DNA from: Planctomycetota bacterium
GTDB taxonomy: Bacteria; Planctomycetota; PLA2; JAEUHO01
Direction: 5' to 3'
DNA length: 64,000 nucleotides
NCBI GenBank assembly: GCA_965223505.1
Contig: CBDCWP010000039.1
Location: forward strand, 128,001-192,000
In this document: piece after piece, positions 39,760 to 49,102 of the stretch
Position numbering within the stretch: the first letter of the stretch is position 1
Layout: every line of letters begins with the position of its first letter
Made by a program: the position numbers and the translations under genes
The notes under the pieces: generated by a model
Databases searched by the model: none
What the model was told of the DNA's origin: nothing
The model's input: the letters and a program-made list of their open reading frames with translations, nothing else

Positions 39760-40253
39760 TTGGGCGGCAGCTTGGACTCGATGACCGAGCTGAGCACCCA
39801 TTTTCCGTTCGTCTCCGTTAGCGACACCGTCAAGCGCGTCTTGGTGGCGTCCTGGCCGACGGGCCGGTACGCGTAGTCGTAGAGGTGGACCTTCGGCTTG
39901 CGGTCGAGTCGGCGCGTCACGTCCTTGAGGTTCGGATCGCGGATCTTCTTGAAGTAGCTCTGGAGCGACTTCTTGGCCTGCTGGGCGGTCCAGCCCTTGC
40001 GGCCGCTGGAGCCCTGGGGCAACAGCAGGTCGACCCGCACCGTTCCCTTCGCATCCATGCACGCGACGACGGCCGCGGCATCGGCGGACTGCCAGGCCTT
40101 TTGAAACGCCGCGAAGCACTCCGCCTTTGTATCGCCTGTCCCGGCGTGGGCGGAAGGGGGCGCGTGAAAGGCGATCAGGAGCAGGCATGCGGCGACGAGG
40201 GCGTTGCGCCGCGAGTGCGGCGGTGGCGCGGCCGGCCTGGATCGCTCGAGCAT
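39756..40253 (-). CDS. Hypothetical exported protein (possibly NTF2-like)
   Basis: Signal peptide ending AHA; AW...DA motif; ATGA overlap with the kinase. Confidence 0.55.
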   Translation of the reverse strand: MLERSRPAAPPPHSRRNALVAACLLLIAFHAPPSAHAGTGDTKAECFAAFQKAWQSADAAAVVACMDAKGTVRVDLLLPQGSSGRKGWTAQQAKKSLQSYFKKIRDPNLKDVTRRLDRKPKVHLYDYAYRPVGQDATKTRLTVSLTETNGKWVLSSVIESKLPPK

Positions 40254-40548
40254 GGTCGACTCCGAAGTAGCGGAGCGGACGCAAAGCGGGGGCCGAAGCG
40301 GTCTTCGCCTCCCTGCCCTGCACGGGAGACGATAACCTCCGGTCTCGGAAGCCGTTACGTCGATCTGCCGCGTGTCGGCCCTTTGTGAGGCCTTGGCCAC
40401 GGCGGGACACCGTTGTCCACGGAAGGAGAAACCGGCGCGGCGTAACCCCCGGCGGTCTTCGAGCGATGTTCGTTTGGGGGGCCCCGAAAGACGCCTCGGG
40501 GGCGCTGCGTGCTTGGCGACCTTCCCACGGGTCGCTCCCGTCGCGCGC

Positions 40549-40986
40549 CTACTTCAGCTTCTCGAAGCCGTTGGCGCCGAACACGTCGAAGCCTCCGTCC
40601 TTGCCGGTTCCGAACCCGTGGTAGGCGTTGCGTGCGAGGTAGATGCGCAGCGAGTCGCCCTCCTTCGGGATCCCGCGGTGCCCGGTGGTCGACGGTGGCA
40701 TGGGCTTGCGACTGTTCCACCGGCGCGTCCAGTAGCGGGCGTAGACGAGTCCGCCGCTCTTCAGGTCGTCACCCTTTTCGACCTTGTCGATCGCGACCTC
40801 GGCCACGTGGTGCTTGACCTTCCAGCTGCCTTCCTCGACCTCGCGAACGTAGATCGCCTCGACCGTTCCCGTGACGATGTGCGTGGCGGCCTTCCGCAGC
40901 TGCTCCGCTGACATGTTTGCCTTCTCGGAGCGCGCGACAGCCGGCGCGAAGATCAGGACGGCGAGCAAGACGAGCAACGTACGCAT
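40549..40986 (-). CDS. Hypothetical exported protein
   Basis: AAGGAGG RBS; signal peptide; beta-rich (ATHIVTGTV). Confidence 0.7.
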   Translation of the reverse strand: MRTLLVLLAVLIFAPAVARSEKANMSAEQLRKAATHIVTGTVEAIYVREVEEGSWKVKHHVAEVAIDKVEKGDDLKSGGLVYARYWTRRWNSRKPMPPSTTGHRGIPKEGDSLRIYLARNAYHGFGTGKDGGFDVFGANGFEKLK

Positions 40987-41255
40987 GGGGTCCTCCTTCG
41001 ATGCGACACCCAGTCTGACACGGCGCCCAGCCCTTTCGCGGCGGCCCTCCGGACGGCCCGGAGCCGCGGGATCGTCTCGGCGGCACGTGCGTGTTTTTCC
41101 CCTATGGCAGCCCTCCGGCGCACCGCTCGGGCGAAGCGTGTATCCTCGCGCGCATGGGCACGGAGATCCTGCAGGGGCCGAACGACGAGACCCGATCGCG
41201 GTCGCTCCACGACGACGCGGCTGATCGCGTCGAACGCCGGTGCAGGTAACGCGGG

Positions 41256-42428
41256 ATGGCACGTTCGTTCGTCGTCGACGAAGCCGAAGGCACGCGGTTC
41301 CCGTTCCTACGCGGCATCCTCACGCGCTCGTTGCAGTCTGCGGGCGTGCCGTTCGAAGCCGCCTACGCGCTCGCATCGGAGATACGCTCCGAGCTCGACG
41401 ACGTCGAAGAACTCTCGACGAAAGAGCTACGCGAACGGGTCGTGCCGAGGCTGGAGCCGTTCGGTGCGGACGTCATTCAGCGCTACCTCGGTCCACCGGT
41501 GCCCGACGAGGTGTCCATTCGCTTCGAAGACGGGCACCAGCGTCCGTTCTCCCGCGGCCGTCACCGGCAGAGTCTCGCGTCGTGCGGCATCTCGCCCGAG
41601 GACGCCGCCACCACCGCGGCGCGAATCTACGACGATCTCGTACAGCGGCACGTGCAGGAGATTCAGGCGAGCGAGCTTCGGCACCTCACGCACGGCCACC
41701 TCCTGCGCGAGCTCGGTGAAGAGGCCGCGCAGCGGTACCTCGTTTGGCAGGCGTACCAGCGTTCGAAGCGGCCGCTGGTCCTGGTGATCGGCGGTACGGT
41801 CGGCAGCGGCAAGAGCACCGTGGCGGCACAAGTGGCGCACCGGCTGGAGATCGTTCGGTTTCAGTCCACCGACATGTTGCGCGAGGTCATGCGGATGATG
41901 GTGCCGAGCCGTCTCATGCCCGCGCTGCACACGTCGACATTCAAGGCCTGGCAAACGCTCCCGACGGCGAACCCGTCCCGTCCTCCGACCGAAGCGCAGC
42001 TCGCCGACGGCTACCTCACCCAGGCCAAGCTCGTTTCGGTCGCCTGCGATGCCGTGTTGCGCCGCGCGATGCGCGAGCGCGTGTCGTTGATCTTGGAGGG
42101 CGTGCACGCCCACCCCAACTTCATCGAGCCGCCGGAGTCCGACGCGATCCTGGTGCGTGTCATGCTCGCCGTGCTGAAGCGCAGCAGGCTGCGACGGCGC
42201 ATTCGTGGTCGCGGCGAGCACGAGCCGGACCGGCGTGCCAAGCGGTACCTCACGCACTTCGACGCGATCTGGAACATCCAGTCGCTCATGCTCTCGGAAG
42301 CCGACCAGCTCGGCGTCCCCATCGTTCCGAACGAAGACCTCGACCGCACCGTGCAGGAGGTCATCGGCGTCGTGATGTCGGTGCTCGCGTCGCAGTTCAG
42401 CGGCACGCCGGAAGAGGTGTTCGGATGA
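41256..42428 (+). CDS. 2-phosphoglycerate kinase-like P-loop kinase with duplicated ATP-cone-like N-terminus
   Basis: PFLRGILTRSL and PFSRGRHRQSL repeats; IGGTVGSGKSTVA, STDMLREVMR, LHTSTF.AW, ILEGVH, RYL..F..I..IQ. Confidence 0.8.
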   Translation: MARSFVVDEAEGTRFPFLRGILTRSLQSAGVPFEAAYALASEIRSELDDVEELSTKELRERVVPRLEPFGADVIQRYLGPPVPDEVSIRFEDGHQRPFSRGRHRQSLASCGISPEDAATTAARIYDDLVQRHVQEIQASELRHLTHGHLLRELGEEAAQRYLVWQAYQRSKRPLVLVIGGTVGSGKSTVAAQVAHRLEIVRFQSTDMLREVMRMMVPSRLMPALHTSTFKAWQTLPTANPSRPPTEAQLADGYLTQAKLVSVACDAVLRRAMRERVSLILEGVHAHPNFIEPPESDAILVRVMLAVLKRSRLRRRIRGRGEHEPDRRAKRYLTHFDAIWNIQSLMLSEADQLGVPIVPNEDLDRTVQEVIGVVMSVLASQFSGTPEEVFG

Positions 42429-43690
42429 CTCGGCGCAAAGTCGTCTTGATCATCCTCGACGGACTCGGTGACCTCCCCGCTCCCGCGTTCGATGGCCGGA
42501 CCCCGCTCGAGGCGGCAGAGACGCCCGTGCTCGATGCGTTGGCGCGAAGCGGCGAGTGCGGTCTCGTCGATCCGATCGCGCCGGGTGTGTACGTCGACAC
42601 GCAGACCGGCGCCGGAGCGCTCATGGGCATGGCGCCGCAGGTGGCCGCGCCGCTCCGCCGAGGCCCGGTCGAGGCCGCGGGGATCGGCGTGGAGCTGAAG
42701 GACGGCGAAGTGGCCCTGCGCGGCAACTTCGCCACGCTGAACCGTGACGGCGACGGGTTCGACGTGCGCGACCGCCGGGCCGGACGGATTCGGGACGGTG
42801 CGGCGGAGCTGGCGGATGCGCTGAACACCGTGGAGCTCGGCGACGAGGACGTCTCCGTGTCCGTTCGACCGTTGCGGCAGCATCGATTCTTGCTGCACCT
42901 CTCCGGTCCGTCGCTGTCGGACGACATCACCGACACCGATCCCGGCACCACCGGCGTGCCGCAGGTTTGGCGGCCGGCCCACGCGGTGTCTCCGGGGAAT
43001 GCCGCCGCGGAACGGACGGCGCGCGCCGTCAACGAATTCAGCCGGCGTGCGTACGACGTGCTCGCGGCCCACCCCGTGAACGAAGCGCGCCGACAAGCTG
43101 AGCTTCTGCCGGCGAACGGGGTGTTGCTGCGGGGCGCCGGTTGCCGGGTGCGTCCGCACAGCGTGCTGCACGACCGCGGGCTCAGCGGCGCCGTCGTCAC
43201 CGCCGACCGCACGCTCCTGGGTCTGGGCGTCCTGCTCGGCTTCACCCCGGTCCTCGAGCCGGGCTTCACCGGGTTGACCGATACGGATCTCGACGCCAAG
43301 GTGGCCGCGACCCTGTCCGCGCTCGACGGACACGACATCGTCTGGCTGCACATCAAGGGCCCGGACATCGCCGCGCACGACAGGGATGCGGTTTTGAAGG
43401 CGCGCTTTCTGGAGCGCGTGGACGCCGCGCTGGGGCCCCTGTGCGAACACGATGCGGTGCTCGCCGTCGCCGCGGATCACACCACCGACAGCAATACCGG
43501 TTGTCACACCGGTGATCCCGTGCCGGCGTTGATCCGGACGCCCGATGGGGCAGGCGATCCGTGCGCCGCCTTCAGCGAACGCGTCTGCCGCTTGGGCGGC
43601 CTTGGCCGGTTGACGGCTTCGCAGTACCTCGACGTCGTCCTCGCGGCGGCGACACCGACCGACGTCTCCGGGGCGGCGCGCCGCGGTTGA
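42425..43690 (+). CDS. apgM: Archaeal-type cofactor-independent phosphoglycerate mutase (ApgM-like)
   Basis: ILDGLGD..TPLEAA, RGPVEAAG, ALRGNFAT, DRRAGRI, HIKGPDIAAHD, ADHTT..HTGDPVP; ATGA overlap with the kinase. Confidence 0.8.
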   Translation: MTRRKVVLIILDGLGDLPAPAFDGRTPLEAAETPVLDALARSGECGLVDPIAPGVYVDTQTGAGALMGMAPQVAAPLRRGPVEAAGIGVELKDGEVALRGNFATLNRDGDGFDVRDRRAGRIRDGAAELADALNTVELGDEDVSVSVRPLRQHRFLLHLSGPSLSDDITDTDPGTTGVPQVWRPAHAVSPGNAAAERTARAVNEFSRRAYDVLAAHPVNEARRQAELLPANGVLLRGAGCRVRPHSVLHDRGLSGAVVTADRTLLGLGVLLGFTPVLEPGFTGLTDTDLDAKVAATLSALDGHDIVWLHIKGPDIAAHDRDAVLKARFLERVDAALGPLCEHDAVLAVAADHTTDSNTGCHTGDPVPALIRTPDGAGDPCAAFSERVCRLGGLGRLTASQYLDVVLAAATPTDVSGAARRG

Positions 43691-43723
43691 CGGCTCGCCG
43701 GACTTCCACGCGCGACGCGGCGG

Positions 43724-44386
43724 CTACTCCGGGTAGCCAATCCGGTGGAACGGCGCCATGACGGACGAGGCGAGGTTGCGTGCGTGCGCGCTGATCCGCT
43801 TGAGGAAGCGGATGTAGAGCGCCAGCGCCGCGGACGTGCCGGTGTCCAGGTCGACCTTGCCGCCCACCAGTCCGTCCTCGAGCCGCCGGTAGTGACGCCG
43901 CACGTCGTCGTTGTAGTCGCGCATGAGGGCCCGCGCCTTGTCGGCGTCTCCTTCGCGGAACGCGTCGACGGCGTTGTCGAAGAGCGTGAGCGTCTCGGAT
44001 TCGATCTGCGCCAGTCGTTCCTCCATTGGCCCGCCGTTCAGTCGCTTCGGGTGGCTGACGGCGACGTCGTGAATGTTCTTGGCGTAGTCCCCGATCCGCT
44101 CGATGTCGATGACGATGATGACCAGCACGAGGCCGGAAGAGATGTCGGCGACGTTGCCGAGCGAGAGATGCGTCAGGACCTTGCGCCGCGCGTCACGCTC
44201 GAAGTGGTTGATGCGCTTGTCCATCGACACGATGTCGATGTCGACCTTCGAGTCGTCGCGCCGTCGAAGCGTCTCCACCGACGCGTGGATCATCTGCCGG
44301 CACAGGTCCAGCATGTCGGCGCACTCTTCGAGGGCCTGCACCTGAAGGTTGTCCTTCTTCAGCAGCTCGATGAACTTTCGTATCAC
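43724..44386 (-). CDS. PhoU-family protein
   Basis: D..IN..E, DIERIGDYAKNI, LKRISAHARNLA. Confidence 0.85.
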   Translation of the reverse strand: MIRKFIELLKKDNLQVQALEECADMLDLCRQMIHASVETLRRRDDSKVDIDIVSMDKRINHFERDARRKVLTHLSLGNVADISSGLVLVIIVIDIERIGDYAKNIHDVAVSHPKRLNGGPMEERLAQIESETLTLFDNAVDAFREGDADKARALMRDYNDDVRRHYRRLEDGLVGGKVDLDTGTSAALALYIRFLKRISAHARNLASSVMAPFHRIGYPE

Positions 44387-44388
44387 GA

Positions 44389-45576
44389 CTATCTCCCGAG
44401 GAACACGATCAGGAACGGGACCGCGTAGAAGGTGACGATGATGTAGATCAGTGGAATCAGCTTGTTGCGCATGGCGATCTTGCTGAACGCTTCGGCGATC
44501 CTAATCGGGATCTCGCGTATCCACCACACGACCGCGACGCCGATTACGTTGAAGAGCACGTGATGGAACGCGAGCTCGAGTCCGAGGAACGCCTTCGCAT
44601 AGGCCGACTCGTCGGCGGCGTCCGCCGCCGCCAACGCCGCCAGCGAGGCAATCAGGGCGGTTACCGTCGTCCCGATGTTGGCGCCCATCGTGTAGGGCAT
44701 GACCTGTCGAATCGTCAGCACGCCGGCGCCCACGAGCGGAACCGCGACCGAAGTCGTGATCGAGCTGCTCTGAACCAGGATGGTGAGCATCAGCCCGAAG
44801 ACCAAACCACGCGCCGCCGACTTGAAGATGACCCGGTCGAAGAGGTTTTCGAGCTTCTGGATCATGATGCTCTTCAGCGCCTTCACCAGGAAGACCAGGC
44901 CAGCGAACGTCATGAGGATGCCGCAGACGAGCATGAGCCCGCTACCGTTGCCGAAGAACTCGGTCGAGAGCGTGTCGTTCAGCCAGCCTCCCGCCGATTC
45001 GCAGGCATCCTGCACCGTCTTGATCACCGGCTTCGTGATCGCCTTGATCGGGTTGGCGAGCTTCGTTCCGCCGACGTTCTGGAACGCGTTGGCGGACCAG
45101 CCGGCGAGCTTGTCGAGGAACCCGGTCGACACCTCGAGTGGGAAGAGGATCAACAGGACGAACAAGTTGAAGAAGTCGTGCACCGACGCCGCGGCGAACG
45201 CGCGCTGATACTCCGCGGTCTGGCGCATGTGACCGATCGAGACGAGCGTGTTGGTGACGGTCGTTCCGACGTTCGCGCCCATCACCATGTAGACGCCGGC
45301 GTGGTACGAGACCTGTCCGCTGGCAACCAGGGCGACGACCATGCTGGTCGTCGTCGAGGAGCTTTGAACGAGAGTCGTTGCGAGGATGCCGATGAACAGG
45401 GAAACGAGCGGCCCGGTGGCGCCGCCCAGGAGCTCCTCGGTGTACCCGGCGCCCATCGCCTTGAAGGAGCCGCCCATCGTTCCGATGCCGAGCAGGAACA
45501 GATAGAGGAAGGCGAAGGTCGAGAGCACCTTGGCCCATGTCGGGAGTCTGGCGATCACGCCAGGCGAGCTGCCCAT
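44389..45576 (-). CDS. nptA: Na/Pi cotransporter (NptA / SLC34-like)
   Basis: Two QSSS motifs, two MGANxGTTVT motifs, AAASVHDFFN. Confidence 0.85.
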   Translation of the reverse strand: MGSSPGVIARLPTWAKVLSTFAFLYLFLLGIGTMGGSFKAMGAGYTEELLGGATGPLVSLFIGILATTLVQSSSTTTSMVVALVASGQVSYHAGVYMVMGANVGTTVTNTLVSIGHMRQTAEYQRAFAAASVHDFFNLFVLLILFPLEVSTGFLDKLAGWSANAFQNVGGTKLANPIKAITKPVIKTVQDACESAGGWLNDTLSTEFFGNGSGLMLVCGILMTFAGLVFLVKALKSIMIQKLENLFDRVIFKSAARGLVFGLMLTILVQSSSITTSVAVPLVGAGVLTIRQVMPYTMGANIGTTVTALIASLAALAAADAADESAYAKAFLGLELAFHHVLFNVIGVAVVWWIREIPIRIAEAFSKIAMRNKLIPLIYIIVTFYAVPFLIVFLGR

Positions 45577-45636
45577 GTCCCGAGTCCTCCCACCGGTCCC
45601 TCGACGCCCCACGCGCATCGTGGGATGTGCCCCCTA

Positions 45637-45652
45637 AGCACCTCCCGTGCCA
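45637..45652 (-). promoter_or_regulatory. Putative sigma54 (-24/-12) promoter of nptA-phoU
   Basis: Minus strand TGGCACGGGAGGTGCT = GG-N10-GC, one mismatch to TGGCAC-N5-TTGCW; about 60 nt upstream of the ATG. Confidence 0.65.
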
Positions 45653-45758
45653 CCGCGCGTGTGTCGGGCCGGCGGCGCGCACGAAGGCCAAACGTGGGGG
45701 GGGCTGCGCGAAACCTCGACGCCAAATGCGGGCTACGGCACAGCGCGACGGCGAACGG

Positions 45759-47456
45759 CTAGGCGATCGCGTGTTCCTTCTTCTTCTTGCCCTTGCGCCC
45801 CGGCTTCTTGGGCCGCTCCAGAGGCCAGCCGCCCTCCGCGACGACCTTCGCGATCCGCTTCGCGACGTAGTAGACGCGTTTGAGGCTCTCGATCAGCTCC
45901 GACTCCACGCGAAACGCGTCGAGACGATCCGGTCCGGCGGCCGCCAGTCTCTCCGTCAGGTGGCGCGTCGCCGCATCCGCGAGGCCGGACACGTCGGGCT
46001 TCGCGGCGATCACGTCCTGCGCCGACGCCAGGTCGTGCTTGCGCACCGAACGAACCGAGCGTCGCACCGCCCATAGCACCCGCTCGACGAGCGCGTCGAT
46101 CGCCTGACGCGTGCTGGGACTGATCTCGAACGCGTGCTCCGTGCGCCGTAGCCCCTCGCTGGCGAGGTCCGTCTCGACGATGTCCGCCATGTTCTCGAGG
46201 TAGTTCGCGATGCTGAGCGAGGCCTGCACCTGCCTGGTCTCTTCCTTCGAGAGGTGCCTGCTGGAGATCCGGCCCAGGTACTCGACGATCGCCCGGTGCA
46301 GCATGTCGACGTCTTCGTCCATGTGTTGGACCGCGCGGATCTCGTCAGGCGTTCCCTCCAAGATCGCTTCCGGCGATCGGCTGACCATGTTGCGCACGCG
46401 CTTGCCGAGCCGCCCCAGCTCCAACGCGATTCGATCGAGCGCGAGCGCCGGCGTCGGAATGAGGTTGTCGTCGAGGTACTTCGGTCGCAGGCGCTTGGGC
46501 ACGGCTTCGGGGCGCAGCGGGAGCACGCGCTGGACGAAGGCGGCAATGGTGCCGGTGAACCCGATGAAGATGAGGGTGTTCAGCGTGTTGAACGTCGTAT
46601 GCGCGTGCGCGATGCGGCGGGCGGGGTCGTCCGCGAGGCCGCGCACGAAGTCGGCGAGGAACGGGATGAACGCGAACCACAAGAGCACGCCCGCGACGTT
46701 GAAGGTCACGTGAATCAACGCGGTCTGCACGGCGACGCGCGGCTTGCCGATGGACGCGAGCAGCGCGGTGACGCACGTGCCGATGTTCGCCCCCAAGACG
46801 AGCGCGATCGCGCCTTCGAGCGAGATGAGCCCGGACGCGCCCATGACGATCACCACACCGGTCGTAGCGGACGAGCTCTGAACGAGTCCAGTGAAGAGCG
46901 CGCCCGTGAGGATGCCGAGCGCGGGGTTCTCCATGCCCTGCATGAGGTGGAGGAACCCCTCGTGATCCCTGAGAGGGTTCATCGCCCCCTTCATGAGGTT
47001 CATGCCGAAGAACACCAGGCCGAAGCCGAACAGCATGATTCCGTAGCGCTTCGTCTTCGGCGACTTCGAGAAGAAGTTGAGCGCGAACCCCACGGCGACG
47101 ATCGCCATCGCGAACTTCGTGATCTTGAACGCGATGATCTGGGCGGTGATGGTCGTGCCGATCTCCGCGCCCATGATGATGCCGACCGACTGCTGCAAGG
47201 ACATCAGACCCGCCGACACGAAGCCGACGGTCAGGACCGTCGTGACGGAAGACGACTGGATCACGGCCGTCGTGACGCCTCCGGCCAGCACACCCTTGAA
47301 GCGGTTGGTCGTCAGACGCGCCAGAAGTTTGCGCATGCCGCTGCCGGCGGCGGTCTTCAGCGCCTCCGTCATCAACTCCATGCCGTAGAGAAAGACGGCC
47401 AGGCCTCCGAACAGCCCCATCACCATCGTGCCGAAGTCGAGCGCGGCAATGTGCAA
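45759..47456 (-). CDS. Na/Pi cotransporter family protein with C-terminal PhoU domain (YjbB-like)
   Basis: GGLAVFLYGM, two QSSS motifs, GANIGT, AHAHTTFN, LENMAD; TTG start after GGGAGG. Confidence 0.85.
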   Translation of the reverse strand: MHIAALDFGTMVMGLFGGLAVFLYGMELMTEALKTAAGSGMRKLLARLTTNRFKGVLAGGVTTAVIQSSSVTTVLTVGFVSAGLMSLQQSVGIIMGAEIGTTITAQIIAFKITKFAMAIVAVGFALNFFSKSPKTKRYGIMLFGFGLVFFGMNLMKGAMNPLRDHEGFLHLMQGMENPALGILTGALFTGLVQSSSATTGVVIVMGASGLISLEGAIALVLGANIGTCVTALLASIGKPRVAVQTALIHVTFNVAGVLLWFAFIPFLADFVRGLADDPARRIAHAHTTFNTLNTLIFIGFTGTIAAFVQRVLPLRPEAVPKRLRPKYLDDNLIPTPALALDRIALELGRLGKRVRNMVSRSPEAILEGTPDEIRAVQHMDEDVDMLHRAIVEYLGRISSRHLSKEETRQVQASLSIANYLENMADIVETDLASEGLRRTEHAFEISPSTRQAIDALVERVLWAVRRSVRSVRKHDLASAQDVIAAKPDVSGLADAATRHLTERLAAAGPDRLDAFRVESELIESLKRVYYVAKRIAKVVAEGGWPLERPKKPGRKGKKKKEHAIA

Positions 47457-47618
47457 GGCAGGCCTCCCGGTTGCGGCGCGGTTCCGGGCTACCCTCACCG
47501 TCGCCTTGCGCGAAACACGTGCGTTCCTTTATCGGATCGCGTGCAAGGTGGCCAACGCAATTCGTGATCGCCTGATCACGTCGATGTCGCGTTGCGCACT
47601 GTTGCGCAGGTGACGGTG

Positions 47619-48974
47619 TTACTTCAGTTGATAGCGCTCGATCTTCTTGTAGAGGTTCGAGCGCTGCATGCCCAACGACTCGGCGGTGCGTTTCACGTTC
47701 CAACCGTTTTCCTGCAGATGATGCTGCAAGAACAGCTTCTCGGACGTCTCCTTGAAGTTCTCGAACGTCTCGCAGGATCGGAACAGGTCTTCCATCTGCG
47801 ACGCGCCGGCGCTGGGACCGCTGAGCTGATCGAGGTCCTTGCCCTCGATCTTCGGGCCGTCGAGGAGGATCACGCACCGCTCCATCAGGTTGCGCAGCTG
47901 CCGCACGTTGCCGGGCCACTCCTGTTTCTCGAGCCACTTGACGCCGCTGTCGGCGATCTCCGGCGGCTCCTTGCCCAGGTTGGCCGCCATCTTCGCCAGG
48001 AACGCGCCGGCCAACAGCGCGATGTCCTGCACGCGATCGCGCAGCGGCGGTACGTGCACCGGGACGACGTTCAAGCGATAGAACAGGTCTTCGCGGAACG
48101 TCCCCTCCTCCGCCTCCTGCTTGAGGTCCTTGTTCGTCGCCGCGACCAGGCGTACGTCCACCGGGATCGGCTCCGCGCCGCCCACGCGCTGCACTTTCTG
48201 CTCTTCGATGACGCGCAAGACCTTCGCCTGCGCGTCGAGCGACATGTCGCCGACCTCGTCCAGGAAGAGCGTGCCCGTATGGGCCTGCTCGAACTTGCCC
48301 TTGCGCTGCTCGGTGGCGCCCGTGAATGCGCCCTTCTCGTGACCGAACAGCTCGCTCTCGAGCAGCTCCTTCGGGATCGCGGCGCAGTTCACGTCGACGA
48401 ACGGGCCCGCGCTGCGATCGCTCATCTCGTGCACCAGGCGTGCAACGAGCTCCTTGCCGGAGCCGTTCTCGCCCTGGATCAGGACGCGCGCCGGCGTCGG
48501 CGCGACCTTCGCGATGATCGCGCGCACCTCTTCGAGCTTCGGGCTGCCGCCCAGCATCCGCTTCGACGTGTCCGACAACCGCTCCTTCAGCGCGACGTTC
48601 TCACGCTGCAGTCGACGCGTCTGGTGCGCGTTGCGCACCGTCAGCAGGACGCGGTCCCGGTCGAGCGGCTTCTCGAGGAAATCGAAGGCGCCGCGGCGCG
48701 TGGCCTCCATGGCCGTGTCGATGGTGCCGTGGCCGGAGATCATCACGACCGCCACGTCGGGTCGCGCCTCCGCGATGTCGGCGAGCACCTCCAGCCCGTC
48801 CCGGCCCGGCATCTTGATGTCGAGGAAGACGAGCTCGGTCTCCGGCGCCTCCTTCAGGGCCGCCAGGCCCTGCTCGCCGTCGGCGGCCAGGGCGACCTCG
48901 TGATGCTCGTACCGCAGCACCAGATCGAGGCTCTCGCGGATGGCCTCCTCGTCGTCGATGACCAGAATCTTCAA
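47619..48974 (-). CDS. Sigma54-dependent response regulator, NtrX/NtrC family
   Basis: Receiver (IDDE, LDIKMP, ISGHG, FLEKP); AAA+ GENGSGKE, GAFTGA, FLDEV, WPGNVRQL; Fis HTH. Confidence 0.95.
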   Translation of the reverse strand: MKILVIDDEEAIRESLDLVLRYEHHEVALAADGEQGLAALKEAPETELVFLDIKMPGRDGLEVLADIAEARPDVAVVMISGHGTIDTAMEATRRGAFDFLEKPLDRDRVLLTVRNAHQTRRLQRENVALKERLSDTSKRMLGGSPKLEEVRAIIAKVAPTPARVLIQGENGSGKELVARLVHEMSDRSAGPFVDVNCAAIPKELLESELFGHEKGAFTGATEQRKGKFEQAHTGTLFLDEVGDMSLDAQAKVLRVIEEQKVQRVGGAEPIPVDVRLVAATNKDLKQEAEEGTFREDLFYRLNVVPVHVPPLRDRVQDIALLAGAFLAKMAANLGKEPPEIADSGVKWLEKQEWPGNVRQLRNLMERCVILLDGPKIEGKDLDQLSGPSAGASQMEDLFRSCETFENFKETSEKLFLQHHLQENGWNVKRTAESLGMQRSNLYKKIERYQLK

Positions 48975-49102
48975 AGCCGGCTCCCGTCTTTGGCCCCGGG
49001 CTCGGGCGCCCTCGACACAACCAGTTGTGGGTTGAAGGGTTAGGGAGGATACACGCGCTTGGGCGTGGCCGGAACTCGGCGACCGATTGAGGTAGGATTC
49101 GG

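Noticed and set aside
35878..39876. Very long opposite-strand ORFs (1332 aa here; also 4470..7322, 27178..29616, 49759..52248, 60636..62726)
   Set aside because: They are antisense shadows of well-supported genes, expected with high-GC codon usage, and show no recognisable motifs.
47542..47555. TTGGCCACCTTGCA on the minus strand as a sigma54 promoter for the yjbB-like gene
   Set aside because: GG-to-GC spacing is 7 nt, not the required 10.
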